A stretch of 63,322 nucleotides of DNA from Octopus bimaculoides (lineage: Eukaryota), in the NCBI RefSeq assembly GCF_001194135.2, contig NC_069002.1, forward strand, positions 19,507,985 through 19,571,306, read 5' to 3'. Made by a program: the position numbers and the translations under genes. Positions 24,333-35,535 of this stretch are shown piece by piece (within the stretch, counting starts at the first letter, position 1; each line of letters begins with the position of its first letter). Under the pieces are notes generated by a model. The model ran no database searches and was not told the origin of the DNA. It saw only the letters and a list, made by a program, of their open reading frames with translations.

Positions 24333-25182
24333 NNNNNNNNNNNNNNNNNNNNNNNNNNNNNNNNNNNNNNNNNNNNNNNNNNNNNNNNNNNNNNNNNNNN
24401 NNNNNNNNNNNNNNNNNNNNNNNNNNNNNNNNNNNNNNNNNNNNNNNNNNNNNNNNNNNNNNNNNNNNNNNNNNNNNNNNNNNNNNNNNNNNNNNNNNNN
24501 NNNNNNNNNNNNNNNNNNNNNNNNNNNNNNNNNNNNNNNNNNNNNNNNNNNNNNNNNNNNNNNNNNNNNNNNNNNNNNNNNNNNNNNNNNNNNNNNNNNN
24601 NNNNNNNNNNNNNNNNNNNNNNNNNNNNNNNNNNNNNNNNNNNNNNNNNNNNNNNNNNNNNNNNNNNNNNNNNNNNNNNNNNNNNNNNNNNNNNNNNNNN
24701 NNNNNNNNNNNNNNNNNNNNNNNNNNNNNNNNNNNNNNNNNNNNNNNNNNNNNNNNNNNNNNNNNNNNNNNNNNNNNNNNNNNNNNNNNNNNNNNNNNNN
24801 NNNNNNNNNNNNNNNNNNNNNNNNNNNNNNNNNNNNNNNNNNNNNNNNNNNNNNNNNNNNNNNNNNNNNNNNNNNNNNNNNNNNNNNNNNNNNNNNNNNN
24901 NNNNNNNNNNNNNNNNNNNNNNNNNNNNNNNNNNNNNNNNNNNNNNNNNNNNNNNNNNNNNNNNNNNNNNNNNNNNNNNNNNNNNNNNNNNNNNNNNNNN
25001 NNNNNNNNNNNNNNNNNNNNNNNNNNNNNNNNNNNNNNNNNNNNNNNNNNNNNNNNNNNNNNNNNNNNNNNNNNNNNNNNNNNNNNNNNNNNNNNNNNNN
25101 NNNNNNNNNNNNNNNNNNNNNNNNNNNNNNNNNNNNNNNNNNNNNNNNNNNNNNNNNNNNNNNNNNNNNNNNNNNNNNNNNN

Positions 25183-25278
<96 letters not shown>

Positions 25279-25289
25279 GCTAGGACTAA

Positions 25290-25425
25290 AGTGGGCAGAA
25301 TTGTTAGAGGTTCGGAGAAAATGCTTTCCAGTACTTCTCGTTCATTGTGTTCTGGGTTCGAATTTTGCCGAGGTTACCTTTCCCTTTCATTCTTTCATGG
25401 TCGATAAAATACGTACCAATCAAGC
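25290..25425 (+). mobile_element. Degraded family-A SINE
   Basis: ggcagaattgttag...gggttcgaattttgccgaggttacctttccctttcattc...gtcgataaaatacgtacca. Confidence 0.65.
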
Positions 25426-26763
25426 AATAGATTTGGCCCGTGCCGTCTGTATTGCCGGCTCTGAGTCAAAATTGGAAAGAATTATATGTTCTGACTGGTG
25501 CAGTCGTGAAAAGTCGGGATGGCTCTTGTGACAGCTTCAAAAATTTCGAAATGTACAAAACGCGACAACATTTTTTTACTAAAACCAAAAATATTTCAAA
25601 CACGATTTTGCAAAAATACCGAGATTTACATAAGCGGATCACAAGTCTGTAGTTGTAAATCTCGGTTAATTTTCCCATTACATATGGCTTTATAGAGTTT
25701 ACTATTTACTCGAAGCAAGAAGCACTTGGCTGCTGATGAATCACCTGCCATCAGCATCATCATCGTCGTCGTCATCATCAGTATCATCATCATTCTAATG
25801 TCTTCTCTTATGACCATGATTTCTGTGTCTAGCTACAGGCGATATGTTATTGTCGTCACAAGTATTGACGAACGGGTAAGGTGTTTGTCTGGCAATAATA
25901 TAGTTTTATGTTTGAGCGAATTCAGTTGACGGAGACTCTATAGAAACCCGTCGGTTATTCACTGACTCGGCTCCACCACACAATGGTTCTGTCTGCGGCG
26001 GAGATTAAGAGCATGCACATCTGCAGAGTACTGAGTCACAATCATACGTGGATAAGTGGAACATTTAAAAAATATTTTATTTCATGTTTTAAACACAGCT
26101 TTTATTTCATTTCAATCATCGTTGATTCAATGCGATTTAGTTCTTGTTTTATAAGAATTTATGTAAGTTCAGACCAATTTTGAAAGGAATTGTAATGTCT
26201 TTTGTTCCATCTAATGAAAGTAAATATTTTCTTTCAATTTTATTTCTTTATTACGAAATAAGATTTCAAAGTTTAAAATTTTTCAATGTTGACATAGAAA
26301 CTATTGAACTTTTCTTTATATGTCTACATTTTTAATATAAACCAAAATTATTGTTTTATTAGCACATTTTAATAGCATTCATGTGTGACTGAATACGGGA
26401 TATTTGGAGTTACTTCAGATAAATTTCTTGCAACAATATTTGTTCCCACTAACATATATCTATATGTTAGACTTTGGTGAAAATAGAATTTTCTGTCTAA
26501 CTCAGAATATGGAATCGATATTTTGACATTTCTAGCCTATCCAACTAGATTAAGGAAGGAAACTCAAGGTAGCCAAATTACCTGCTAGAAGTGGCTGCCA
26601 AATCAGCCTCAATATGCACCATATTGTCTTTATAAAAAAGAATACAGTCTGGAGTTTACTAGTTTTGAAAACATACGGGATGGCCATAGATGGATTGCCT
26701 TTTATTATAAGTATGCTTAGTTAGGGCTGACTCAAACCTGTAGCAGAGTTGGAGTAGAGAGGG

Positions 26764-26799
26764 CACATCACTGATGAAGTCGCGACGAAAGGTCTGTGA
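26764..26799 (+). ncRNA. Minimal type I hammerhead ribozyme-like motif (probably decayed)
   Basis: CTGATGA-A-GTCGCGAC-GAAA-GGTC, with the canonical core boxes and a GUC triplet. Stem I is 4 bp with a bulge. Confidence 0.45.
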
Positions 26800-27109
26800 A
26801 GAATACCGATGGGTGATTGACCAAAATATTAATGAAACAATCGATTAGTAATTTGTTAAAGAGTTAACTAGTTGACAAATAATAATTTAAGAAATGAAAT
26901 AGAAACAGTGCATGTCTTTTTTATTGGCATAATGACCCTCCCAACATAAAGAATCTCTTTCAGCACCCGAATTCACACGAAGAATCTTGCAAACCAAAAT
27001 GTAAAAGCAAGCTGCATATTGTTTACATATGATGTTATATATATATAATGTTGTGTAGATATAGAATGATAAGCAGATGTCTAGTGTTGACTTTATACAT
27101 AATAATGAA

Positions 27110-27532
27110 GAGCGGCAGGAGTGGCTGTGAGGTAAAAAGTTTGCTTCTCAACCACATAGTCCCGGGGGGGGGGCACCTTGGGCAAGTGTCATCTACTCTA
27201 GCCACTGGCCGATCAAAACTTTGTAAGTGGATTTGGTAGACGGAAAATGAAAGAAGCCCGTCGTATATATATATAAATATATATATGAGTGTATGTATGT
27301 ATATGTGTGTGTGAGTCTTTCTGACTGTGTTTATCCTCCTATCACCGCTTGACAAACGGTGTTGGTATGCTTACGTCCCTGTAACTTAGTGGGTCGAGAA
27401 AATTGACCGATAAAATAAGTACCAGGCTTAAAAAACAAGTACTGGTGTCTACTCATTAGACAGAAAATTCAAGGCAAGGCCCCAGCATGGCCCCAGTCTG
27501 ATGGATGACGGAAACGAGTAAAAGATAAAAGG
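27110..27532 (+). mobile_element. tRNA-derived SINE, family B, with internal (TA)/(TG) microsatellite
   Basis: Head ggcaggagtggctgtgaggtaaaaagtttgc, then CORE-like ccttgggcaagtgtc, gatttggtagacggaaa...gaagcccgtcg(TA)n, and tail ccagcatggcc...gtaaaagataaaa. Confidence 0.8.
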
Positions 27533-27572
27533 TAACAGATATATATATATATATATATANNNNNNNNNNAGG

Positions 27573-27794
27573 CCAAATGAACCAGTAAAAATAAGATAAT
27601 TCCAAATCCTGGATTTCTGGCTTTGCATAAATAATAATGTTCTGCCTTCATCAGTGGAATATACTCCAGTACATAAATACAAATACATGTATATAAACAG
27701 TATACTTACATATTACTTACAGTAGAACATTATTATTTATGCAAAGCCAGAAATCCAGGATTTGGAATTATCTTATTTTTACTGGTTCATTTGG
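27573..27794. repeat. Perfect 71-bp inverted repeat (27573-27643 / 27724-27794) with 80-bp spacer
   Basis: The arms are exact reverse complements on manual comparison. The left arm begins 3 bp from a 10-N gap. Confidence 0.85.
27599..27660 (-). ncRNA. Type I hammerhead ribozyme-like motif, best preserved in the window
   Basis: ATTCCA-CTGATGA-A-GGC[22 nt]GCC-A-GAAA-TCC-A-GGA-T-T-TGGAAT. Stem I is a perfect 6 bp, stem II is GGC/GCC, stem III is ATCC/GGAT, and both core boxes are intact. Confidence 0.6.
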
Positions 27795-28195
27795 TCTTCG
27801 TCTTCGCTAATCGTGCCATGCGGACATTTATTATGGTTTTAGAGTCAGGATTTGACTGCTATTTTTTCAGCGTGGTGGTATCTCTTGATACCCTGTATTA
27901 TAATTTTAAATATAGATATATATATATAGATATATATATTAGAAAACGCGAAATTCTGTCTGTTCGTCTGGGACCCCTGTATCTCAGTCTAGATTTACTC
28001 CACATAGACCTCTTTGAAATCAAGATAATCCCGGGATTGAAAATTTGCCCCTCATTTGATTCTTGAATATCCAACATTGGGATCTGATTTCAAAGCAGGT
28101 AAAGTGACCGTGAGAGGTTTTAGAGCCATAATATTAGTGAGGTAGGTGAAGTAGAGTTACCTCCCTTAGATGAAAGTTTTACAAAGGTATCTAGT

Positions 28196-28400
28196 TGCTC
28201 TTTTATCGTTTTTAGTCATCAGACTGCGGCCATGCTGGGGCACTGCCTTGAATGTACTTTAATTGAACAAATCGACACCAGTTCTTTCTTTTTATGCCTG
28301 GTAATTTTTATTGGTCTCTTTTACCGGTCTACTAAGTTACATAAACGTTAACAAACCAACACCACGCGGTGGTGGGGACAAGCACAGCCAATCAGCCACA
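28196..28400 (-). mobile_element. Family-B SINE, 3' half
   Basis: Reverse complement of the 27330-27530 tail (gactgcggccatgctggggcact...ctaagttac...aaaccaacacc). Confidence 0.7.
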
Positions 28401-28724
28401 ATATATATATATATATATATATATATANNNNNNNNNNNNNNNNNNNNNNNNNNNNNNNNNNNNNNNNNNNNNNNNNNNNNNNNNNNNNNNNNNNNNNNNN
28501 NNNNNNNNNNNNNNNNNNNNNNNNNNNNNNNNNNNNNNNNNNNNNNNNNNNNNNNNNNNNNNNNNNNNNNNNNNNNNNNNNNNNNNNNNNNNNNNNNNNN
28601 NNNNNNNNNNNNNNNNNNNNNNNNNNNNNNNNNNNNNNNNNNNNNNNNNNNNNNNNNNNNNNNNNNNNNNNNNNNNNNNNNNNNNNNNNNNNNNNNNNNN
28701 NNNNNNNNNNNNNNNNNNNNNNNN

Positions 28725-28762
<38 letters not shown>

Positions 28763-28768
28763 GTAATA

Positions 28769-29225
28769 ATAACTGCTGAGTTTCTTGATTCTTCGGATCC
28801 TCCAGGAATGCCTTCTCACATTGAACACGGGAGTTCCAATGATGCTTTTGAGAAATCTAGATACTCCAAAGCTGTACGATGGAACAAGACTGACTATCAG
28901 GCATATGCATCCACATCTTTTGTAAGCAACAACCGTCCTTGGACAAGGAAAGGGCCAAAAATATTTATTCCCAGAATTTCCACTGATTTCAACAGACATG
29001 CCCGTTGAACCCAAGAGACTTTGCAGTAAGAGTTAATTTTGCAATATCAATAACAAGAGTGAAAGACAATCACTCAAAATTGTTGGGCTTTACCTGATGA
29101 AGCAGTGCTTTTCTTATGGTCAACACTATGCTGGTTGTTGCAGTGTTGGAAATCGCAACAATCTCTTCAAACGCGCACCAAATGATAAAACCAAAAATAT
29201 TGTTTATCTTGCTACTTTACAGTGA
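28769..29225 (+). mobile_element. Helitron Rep/Hel C-terminal PIF1-like helicase fragment (pseudogene)
   Basis: TAEFLDSSDPPGMPSH...GVPMMLLRNLD.PKL.DGTRL...FIPRI...TDMP...FAISINKSE.QSLKIVG...FSYGQ.Y...APNDKTKNIVY...LQ*. Frameshifted. Confidence 0.85.
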
Positions 29226-29303
29226 TCTCCAACAAATTTCACAGTGGTACGGGTAGTTACACGATGTTGTACATGTGTATAATACATAGCTACAGAATGG
29301 TAT

Positions 29304-29545
29304 GTGCAGGTGTGTGGCTTAGTGGTTAGGGTGTTGCAGTTATGCTCGTAAGGCTGCGGATTCTTTTTCCTGGGCCGGGTGATACGTTTTGTGTTTGAGC
29401 GAAATCATTCAGTTTATGCTTCTTCGATCCATGCAGTTGACAAAAATGTGACATCTTGCGCCGGAATATCGTTTCGTTCAGGTCTGGGAAATATACACGA
29501 TACGGAATCCGGAAAACTAGCTTTATGGGCCTATGGACCAGGAAG
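29304..29545 (+). mobile_element. Degraded tRNA-headed SINE (head related to 986-1194)
   Basis: gtgtggcttagtggttagggtgttg head, a decayed B box, then tgtgtttgagcgaaa. Confidence 0.6.
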
Positions 29546-29950
29546 GACTGTTCATTGTTTTATGCAATGGGCTAAAGATATATAATGATGTCTAGATATA
29601 CATCGTTGAGCGGTTATAGTTTTACAAGTCAAAACCTATCTATAGAATTATGTTTATGATTTAAAACCTATTTTATATCTTGTAATTATCGTTGATTTGC
29701 CTTTAGCCTGAAATCTTATATATTGTGCTAATATTTTATCTGTAAATGGTGAGAGTTCTGCCTGGGGCATAAACATTATGATGTCCGCGTGCTGAGTGAA
29801 AATTCTACTTACTTTCCAATAATCTACATTCTATCAGCAGCAGCAGCTTTGTCTTTAGTTAACATTCTAATCTTCATTAGCAATTACTGTGTCATCGTAC
29901 ATATCAAATAGGTGCCACGATGCTACTGGATCCGATTATTATTATTGTTG

Positions 29951-29985
<35 letters not shown>

Positions 29986-30097
29986 TTATGTTTGACTACT
30001 TTTGTTTTGCATTTGTACAAGTTAGATCCAAGTCTCACCCAGAGACCTCAAGAGACAAGTTAAAAGTTCATGTAGGTGTTATGCCTAGGGTACCATA
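29986..30097 (-). mobile_element. Short 3'-UTR fragment of an R4/Dong-like LINE, bounded by (AAT)n on both sides
   Basis: Minus strand gtctcttgaggtctctgggtgagacttgga...aaacataaa(AAT)n resembles the 3' UTR motif of the LINE copy at 11136. Confidence 0.45.
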
Positions 30098-30143
<46 letters not shown>

Positions 30144-30995
30144 GAGTGAAAGAGCAGCGCATGACCTTGCAGGTTGGGCCCAGTTAGAATTTTCTTCACG
30201 CTGAGTAGCCCATCCAATTCAAGAGGTCCCTGAATAGGGCTTGTTGTAAGTATAATGAACAAAACATTAATATTTCCAGAAGTGAATTATTCAAACCCCG
30301 AAAACTTCCCCTCAACATATGGCTATGATGCTCCTCCACCATTTCGGCTCGTGATCAGAGATGCTCATTTCGTCAGCCACTAAGGGACATTCCCAACTGG
30401 CTATGGTCAAACAGTTGACAAGCAAATCTGTGGAATTGAGCAGAATATTTGCTGTGGCCCATCCTTTATATCAAGACAAAACAATGTACATGATAACATT
30501 TCTAATCAGTTAGGATCAGAAGCCATCAGTGACCTCACCTGATACTGGTACCCGTAATACACATGCATGACAACAATATGTGCGAGAAATGGTGATCACA
30601 TATGTAGATGAACATTCTATGACCTTGCAAATGGACCCAGTTAGAATTTTCTTCAGGTCAAGCAGCCCTTCCCGCTCAAAGGGTCCCTGAATTAGGTGTG
30701 TTTCAGAATGATGAACGAAATACCTATATATAAGTGAAATATTTGAACTCCAAAGAATTATTTTCAGCACATGGCTATGATGCTCCCCCACTACTTCTAC
30801 TTGTAATCAGAGATGTGCATATCGTCATCCACTAAGGACATGCACAAAGGGTTGCGGCCGAGCAACTGACATGCAAATCTGTGCTATTGAGCACAATATT
30901 TGCTGACACAAAGACAAAACACGCACGTAAAAACACTTCCAGTCAGTTCAAATCAGAAGCCGTGAGGACCACTGTGTGGTATTGTATAAAGGCCT
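30144..30995 (-). mobile_element. Tandem copies C (30144-30548) and D (30549-30995) of the ~600-bp non-coding element
   Basis: Both align to copy A and extend beyond it to a shared end (agaagcc...cact...ggta(c/t)tg). The pair is flanked by (ATT)n at both ends. Confidence 0.8.
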
Positions 30996-30996
30996 A

Positions 30997-31068
<72 letters not shown>

Positions 31069-31084
31069 CATTATTATTATTATT

Positions 31085-31603
31085 GTTCAGTAGTTTTATT
31101 TTTATAACGTGCTTTCACTTCACTACCGAGTGCAGCTCTGTGCGCCTTGGGTATGTGCTGTGGTTTGCTGTGATGCTGTTATGGTTATTGTATTGAAAGT
31201 TTTTTGCGTAGGATGTGTGCAGTGCCCAGTAGTGCAATTTTCTGTATGTTATATATATTTGTAAGTCCTGGTGTTTTTGTTATGTATTTGTCTGAATATT
31301 TTTTTATTATACCTAAGGCACCTACTATGATAGGAATTGTTTCTGTTTTTAGATTCCACATTCGAGTTACCTCTATTTCCAGGTCTTTGTATTTTGAAAG
31401 TTTCTCCATTTCTTTTAGGGAAACGTTGTCATCTACTGGTATTGATACATCAATTAGAAAGCATTTTTTTCTTCATGATCTTTGACAACTATATCTGGCC
31501 TATTGGCCTTAATTTCTCTATGTGTGTGTATTGGTATATCCCAGAGTATGGTTGCTTTCTGGTTTTCTGTGACCTTTTCTGGGGTGTGCCTATACCATCA
31601 GCT
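31085..31603 (-). mobile_element. R4/Dong-like LINE 3' end (RLE domain) followed by (AAT)n
   Basis: WYRHTPEKV...KANRPDIVVKDHE...LIDVSIP...KEMEKLSKYKDLEIEVTRMWNLK...GTAHILRK. Near-identical to 8951-9236. Confidence 0.9.
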
Positions 31604-34357
31604 GGCACCAAATCATTGTTTTGCATTATATGCTGATGTTTGAACTGAAAGTATTACATTAACGGAAATTGCCGCAACGATTAACAAACATCCTTATATG
31701 GATTAAATCAAATTGCTACATGGATTACTTCTGTCCATCGATAATATCCGTGCATTAGAAATTCTAGCCAAGGACAGTCTTCCTTCTTACCAATGTAATA
31801 TCGTGAAATATCAGACAAGGCAAGCTGCAATAATCCTCAGGAACTCTTTACAGAAAAGCACATCTGTCTTGTAAATCTCTTTAACATTCATCAAACATAT
31901 TTATTCCAATGCTTTACTTCTTAGAAATACTGCGCTCCCTAGCTTGTTAGAGCCTTCAATAAGCTTTTAGTGAACCAGTTATTATAGGAAGAGTGACTGG
32001 GAAAATAAGAAAAGGTAACCTTGTGGAGAAAAACAAAAAAAACTGAATAGTTAATTTGGTGTTAATGCAGAGTGTAGTGAACAAGCAAAGTATTTACTTG
32101 ATTAACATTACGTTTCTTGGCTTTGATAATGCATTCTGATCATGTAAAGTGTGAGAGAGAACTATGAAAGTTACGACATGAAGTGCAGTTATAAGTCAAT
32201 CATAACTCTAGGCATATTTTGTTCTTACGAAATCCATTCAGCAAAGCATAGTTTCTGCAGTATTTCTGAAATCCAGGGTAAGAGAAAGACACAAGGACTT
32301 TGATTGAATCCATATCCGCAAGCATGACAAATTAAAATATAAAACTTGGGTAGTTGCCCAGGAATAGCTTCAACATGACATTCCTATATGTACGTTGGAA
32401 TAAATTTATTTAAGATTGTGACAAAAAAGTTTTAGTTTTGGGGTATTTTCTCACCTAATTGAAAGAAAAGTTTAAAATAAGTATGAAACTCCACTTATAT
32501 AACAACATTGTTAAAGAATTTCGTTATAAAATATACATGAACAGACAGAAATTGTATGGCATTGGGAAAGACTTTGCTCTTTATATTCTCTGTATTAATA
32601 GAACGAATATTTGCATTAGAACTCACTCCGAAGAAGTTGGCAAGCAACAAGCCATAGTACAAGCCTCCAACAAACATTCGGTTCATTGTGTATTATCAAA
32701 AAGCAAAGAAATCATAAAAAAATTAGAAAATTTGATACGAAGTTCTCCTAAGAATCAAAACGGCTAAAGCAAGAGTAGAGATCATACTTATGTAAGAGAC
32801 AAAAGAAAGAAGAGGATTGCAAATATAGTAGTTCGAGAGAAAATACGACTCTGGTAGAAACACCTTTTAGAGAAGGGAAACAAGAACAAAAGATGACAAC
32901 TTGCTGAATGGCTAGGTACTTAAGATGAACAACAAGAAAACAATTATGGAAGAATTTATAAAACAGGGATGGAAAAAGTAATAACCCGAGGACAAGAGAA
33001 GGGTTGCAGTTTAAATACTAAATCAGGTCTAAGTATGATGGAGACCTTAAGTGTTCGATCAATGTGAGAAAGAATACAAGTTAAAACATCAAATGTTACA
33101 AAAATATCCTTTGCAAGTATGAATGAAAGACTTGTAATGGTGGAAAATCTGTTGAGATGTATATTAAAAAAAAACAGAATTTTTATTTTTGCGTGTCAGA
33201 AAAAAAAGCTGAATGTATGGGCTTTACTTGTCTATCAATTCCAAATCAATGAGAATCATTGATTTCTATTCAGTATTTATTATGTGAAGGCTACAAGGAC
33301 TTATGGGAAGGGAGGTCTTTCTTGAAGGTTTAATGTTCTGTGGAAGAATAATAGGGGCTACGAGAATAGAGGGAGTGGACACTACTCGGATGCACCAAGC
33401 ATATGTTCATCTAATTCTATAAAATTGGACGAAAAAATTACCATGAGTGTTGTTGGAAACATACGGCCCTGGACCATTTTTAGAATTCATTATAATAAAT
33501 ATTAAATGTTTGTTGCAAGGATGTGTTAATTATGCGAATTATTATAGTTCATATATTTAATTGTGAACTCAGGTATAAACTGTCTGCAAGGCATTTTATG
33601 AATCCCGTCAGAATCATAAATACAACATCACTATAATTTAGTGTGAAAAGGAAGCAAAAATAGAAGATTAACGCCAGATTTCGTTTTCGTTTCGTTGTGA
33701 TTTGTTATCAAACTGATTTCTACTTTTCTTCCTAAAAGGCTGAATAGAATAATGACCGTGTCTAACTACGTGTTTAGAATTAGTACACGATTGCATCGAT
33801 GGTTGCGAGTTTTCAATAAGCAAAAAAGAAACTGCTTAACTGCCTTTCGTCAGATATTCAGAGTATCAAAAAAAAAAAAAATCTTACTAACGTGGTGAAG
33901 GAAGAATATCACAAGTTATTTGTTCGAAACACCTGTTTTGTAGATTTATTTCGAAAGTTTACATTGTTAATGACAAACATACTCGCAGCTGGCTAGTGCA
34001 CAGTTTCTAGCTCCCAAATTAAACTCGCGTGGTATTGGCTAATTTGAGGCAGAAAACAGTTGTCAAAGGTGGTATGATCCATAGGATTGAACACGAAACC
34101 GGTTGAATGCGAGTAGAACTTCAGAGAGCAATTCATAACATAATAGATTGGCGGGAATCTTCCAATCATTTTTGAAGATCTTGAGAGAAATGAAGCTTAC
34201 AACTGCAAAATGATCAACCTCTTCATCATTATGAAGTGGTTTCATAGCTTGAGCAGGAAAATATTCTTCAGAAGCATGGTATGCGTCCAACGCAATTTCA
34301 ACATTTTATCACTCTGTCCTCTCAAATTATATCAGCGACATGTTTTATCTGAATATT

Positions 34358-34743
34358 GGTTTCTAATTTTGACACAAGGACAGCAATTTCTTGGAACGGG
34401 ACAAGTAAATACATCGACGATAGTGCTCAACTGGTACTTACAGTATCGACCTCGAAGGGATGGTAGGAAGAGTCGACCCCACTGGCATTGGAACTCAGAA
34501 CATAAAGCCGCTTTCTCTATATTATCTGATATTGGCTTCAAATTTTGGCACAAGGCCAGCAATTTTGGGGGAGGATGTAAGTTGATTACATGGACCAGTT
34601 TTCAAGTGGTACTTATTTCTCAACCACGAAATGATGAAAACGAAAGTCGGCCGCTGAAAAATTTGAACTCAGGATATAAAGACGGACCAACAGACGCTAA
34701 ACATTTAATACGGCATGCTAACGATTCTGCCAGCCCACTGCCT
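34358..34743 (-). mobile_element. Two adjacent family-A SINEs (34358-34510 partial, 34535-34743 full)
   Basis: Both carry the reverse-complement core (caactggtactta...tcgacc...ggaactcagaa; ttggcacaaggccagcaatttt...ctaacgattctgccagc). Confidence 0.75.
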
Positions 34744-35372
34744 CTCTATGTTTTATCTAATATTAAAAAAATATGAAATATGAAAATAGATTTAATAAAT
34801 GGTTGGCCTTGTCTTTATTAAATTGGTGCATGTGTCAGTTTGCGAGATGAATGCTACATTCAATAACAACGAGATAATTGATATCGAGACACATCCAAAT
34901 AGATTACCTCGAACCACACAATCAGAGTTACTACGATGCAACTCTATATGGAGAGGAAATTTTAGATGGAAACTAGTAATATCTGCTAACTGGACTAGAA
35001 CTCTTGTGTATTTGATCAGTGGAAATTACAAACTTAATGTAATAAAAAATAAACGACTTCTTTTTATTACTTCTAATAAAATAAAAAAAGACTACCATCA
35101 CAATTTCAGGAAAAAGTAATCTTTCAATTGTAATGTTAACAGACTTAATTAGAATTCTTGTGAAATTATAGAATCCCTATCGAGAAGAATTTCCAAAGTT
35201 TTGTCAACATCAATTAGAAACTTTGATTTAATTAGCACCAAACTGAAATTCATTCTGTTAATTATGAAGTGAAAATGCGATTCCTTGAAAAGAGAAAGAG
35301 ATATATAAACCAGAATATAAAGAGAAAATAATAGAGAATCGAGAATTGAAATAAATAGAGTCAGAAAAGACT

Positions 35373-35433
<61 letters not shown>

Positions 35434-35535
35434 ATGTATATAATACTAATGTAGGTGTGAGTGTTTGGTATGATTTGTTTATTGTTACACAGGCACACTA
35501 ACAGGTATTAGTTTATTTGCGGCCACTCATGTCCT

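Noticed and set aside
32459-32767. 102-aa ORF faintly like the C-terminus of CR1/L2-group LINEs
   Set aside because: The diagnostic Cys/His motifs are not clearly retained, so it is not supportable by eye.
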